Positions 61,033 through 64,000 of a stretch of 64,000 nucleotides of DNA are shown here, one piece after another. Source of the stretch: Antedon mediterranea (lineage: Eukaryota > Animalia > Echinodermata); the NCBI RefSeq assembly GCF_964355755.1, contig NC_092671.1, positions 10,974,001-11,038,000 on the forward strand, read 5' to 3'. Each line of letters begins with the position of its first letter. The first letter of the stretch is position 1. Under the pieces are notes generated by a model. The model had not been told where the DNA came from. It saw only the letters and a list, made by a program, of their open reading frames with translations, and made no database searches. The position numbers and the translations under genes were made by a program.

Positions 61033-63847
61033 TTATTTTTTTCCCAATTGTGATTTCATTGTGCCTATTTTAGCAGCAAGTTGTTTGTTTTGTACACCAC
61101 ATTTCATAAGCACCATATTTAGATCATCCTCACTTTTTATCTGGAAGGCAGCTTCAGCAGCCTGCTCCAAAACACTGAAAAATATGACGACGATGATGCT
61201 GATATTGAATAATGTCATGATAGGCGAAAAAGGAGACATTTTAACTTGGAATTGCTAATTTGGTATCAGTAAAAATGATATTACAAATACATAATACTGA
61301 CAGTGTGGTCTTATTATGAGCATTATCAGCATATTATTGTAGCTGTGGCAAGGGCATTATAGTAAAAATAACAACCTAAAGATCATATGTTATGCTTTTT
61401 TTTAATCATGGCTGAATTTGTAAACTATATGCATATGATACAGGATTAGGGTTTCCTGTCCGGTCTAGATCAAACTTGATCTAGCTTAAGCCTAAAACCT
61501 ACTTACTCTATAACACATCTAAATCTAAATTAAGTTTAATTATCTTAAAATTAATATTCTTAACAAAGTTATTTACTAGGACTAATTTTAAATCCGTTTG
61601 TAAAAAGTCTATTGTACTTGTTTTCACTAGGTCATCCAGCTATCGAATTAATAAAATATTAACTGCTAGTTGACAGGCTAACTAAACAAACTAAATGAAG
61701 AAACAAGATACAAATCCTACACGTACACTGGGTTTACAGTCTGTAGTGATTATTTCCTACAGATAAACACCAAGTCTACTTTGTTTATGAAATCTGATTT
61801 TTGACTAAACTTTGAGTAAACAACTATTGATGAACCTTCAAATAACAACGGCCCGAACATTGCAAATATTGATGATAAGCCTTCGTCGTCACAACATTTA
61901 AATATGTTGTGGGGATTAAAAATGATTAATTGACTGGCAATCCTATGTCCTGGTTGTTGTATACATATCTAGCTCAGTGCTGAACGTAGAGACCTGAGGC
62001 CCCTGCTTTAGGAACTCTAAGTGGTCCTGGGGCGTTTTTTGACATATTTTAATACATGTTAATGCCTCAGGGGCCCCCCATAAACTCCGGGGCCCCTGGA
62101 TTTAGCCAGCGAGCGCTCATTACGCCACTGATCTAAGCTATCCATGCTGAAATGTTACTGTATATCTAAAGTCCAATCCAAGTCAAAACAGCCATGTTCT
62201 AAGATCCTAGTTGTGAAATCTAAACTTATCCAGTATTGTTCAATGTTCTTGTACTTTAAACTCAGAATAAGCCATGCCCTAGAATATGATCTCTTCATTT
62301 GTAAGAGTACTACTCTAGGATTTTGATCTGATCACCTTATTTGCACAGGTCCTGCCTGAAATCTAAATCTTTCTAATAATAATATGAAAACTCTAGTTGC
62401 TGGAATAAAGGACATCAGGCTATAAGTGAATTATAACTAATTTCTTACCCAATTCGTAGATACATTCTGACACGGTTTTCTGCTGGTACCTTTGGCACAT
62501 ACTTATTGGCCTCTGTTAGGTTACCATATTTGTAACACACCTCAACAAATGACTAAAATACACACAACAAAAATAAAAAACATGTAAGATTATCAAAGCA
62601 AAAACTAAAAAAACCACAATATATCTTCTTGTATTTTTATACATTATTTGAAATACCTTTCATAAAATCTTTCTTACCTCAAATCCTATAGGAGATTTTT
62701 TACTTTTAGAAAACTTTTCTAATTCAATCCAATCTCTGTTCTCAGATAGTGCCTCTATCTTTATTCTCCAAAACCTGCAATAAATGTAAATGTTTGTTAT
62801 TATTCTATTTATAGTATTAAGAACAGATAATGTCATCTTTGAGTTTTACTTTTTACTGGAAAAATGTATATGATTTTAACATGTATTTATATATTTAATA
62901 TATATAATGTTGAATAACCATACGCAGAATAACAAAAATAAAGCTTTTTATTTCTCACCTTTTATCAGGTACTTTAAATTCTTTCCTTAGCTGTTCAGCT
63001 AATTTGGTACGATTTGTAAGAAGTAGTTCTAAAATTGTGTCATGAATTGATAAGTTCAAATATGGCTGTTTTAAGTCAGCCTCCATGTTTCTCTGATATG
63101 TTAACAGTTTTATCTGTTCTTCAGTCATCTGAAAAATAGTTCACAAAACCTTTATCGATAAGCAGTAAAATTATTAATGTCAATAACAACATTTATCTGA
63201 AATACTAAATTATTAATTAATAATGGTTAGTTAATTAGAATAAATTCAAATTCATTCAAAACAATTTACACCCAAATGGTACTGCATTGGGTCAAACGAC
63301 AAAGTATAACAGAAGTGATTTTAACATTAGGTTACAAACAGCTGGAGTAAATTTATTTGTAAACCAGCCCTATACAAATACCTTAGTTGCAAATTCATTG
63401 TTGCCTTTCTTGTAGTTTTCTTGCGCAACATGTAACATATCAATCTGAGTTTTCACATTTTTCTATAAAAAAAATTTTTAGTTTGTTTCTTGTACATTAG
63501 ATGATAAAGATTTCCTAGACACCAGGAAGGCTACTGTAGATGGAATCCGGTCACCACCAGTTAGTTAACTCGGCCTCAAGTTATCTGGTCCTGTGTCAAC
63601 AATAAATAAAGTATTGACTGAGGCCAAGATGGTTTAGGGTCAACTTGGATGAAAAATCTTAGATGTAGACGTGTTTAAATCCATTGCCTTTTGGGCACAA
63701 ATGTTTGTGAATGGTGCATTACAGTATAAATATTACCTCTGAACCGTATACGCAACTATTTGAGACTTTTATATTTGCCATCTCTAGGTAGTCATCTACT
63801 TGCTCATACAAATTCTCCAACATGTCTGGATTTTGTTGTCGACAATA
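61033..63847 (-). CDS. VPS16: Vacuolar protein sorting 16 homolog, 3' six exons (gene continues beyond the window)
   Basis: Exons on the - strand: 63847-63737 [16 protein letters not shown]..., 63462-63382 ...NEFATK, 63128-62959 MTEEQIKLL...[14 protein letters not shown], 62774-62678 FWRIKIEAL...[19 protein letters not shown], 62552-62449 [17 protein letters not shown]..., 61174-61033 [10 protein letters not shown]...KCG...LGKK*. Phases are consistent and the peptide matches the recalled VPS16 C-terminus. Confidence 0.92.
61975..62130. mobile_element. Small hAT-like MITE in a VPS16 intron
   Basis: CAGTG...TACGCCACTG ends, GGGCCCC subterminal motifs, imperfect flanking repeat ATCTAGCT/ATCTAAGC. 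Confidence 0.5.
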
Positions 63848-64000
63848 CTAAAAAACAATAATAACAGATTTATCCTCTACTTGACCATACAAATTTTAAG
63901 TTATCTACCTTTTGTTGTCGTCAATATTAAAATTAAACACATAAACAAGCGTAATTATATTGTATCCTACATATTGTTCTCAAAATTATCTAAAAAAAAC

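Overview
AT-rich, intron-rich animal genomic DNA, probably a marine invertebrate deuterostome (inferred from a Deu-type SINE, Academ/Crypton-type repeats and base composition). The main content is a tandem cluster of three paralogous, + strand, multi-exon genes (A 9153-15804, B 20424-26818, C 32783-60029). I reconstructed them by hand from GT-AG sites and intron phases. All share a core of exon-encoded, divergent ~270-aa helical repeats that I cannot assign to a known family, then a 17-nt micro-exon and a C-terminal death domain. A and B start with a SAM-like domain. C instead starts with tandem DEDs, two TIR-like domains and a TRADD-N-like domain, all on phase-1 exons, which suggests an exon-shuffled innate-immune/cell-death adaptor family. 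On the left is a 4-exon, - strand gene for a GYPPQ-repeat protein with a C-terminal membrane anchor, which the ORF track misses. On the right is the 3' part of VPS16 (- strand); pieces of its last exon were carried along in the duplications. Mobile elements include an intact RTE LINE in an intron of C, a foldback Academ-like element with a 55-bp MITE inside it, hAT and Tc1-type MITEs, a Deu-SINE, and Gypsy and Rex1-like remnants. All domain calls are motif recognition by eye, not database searches.
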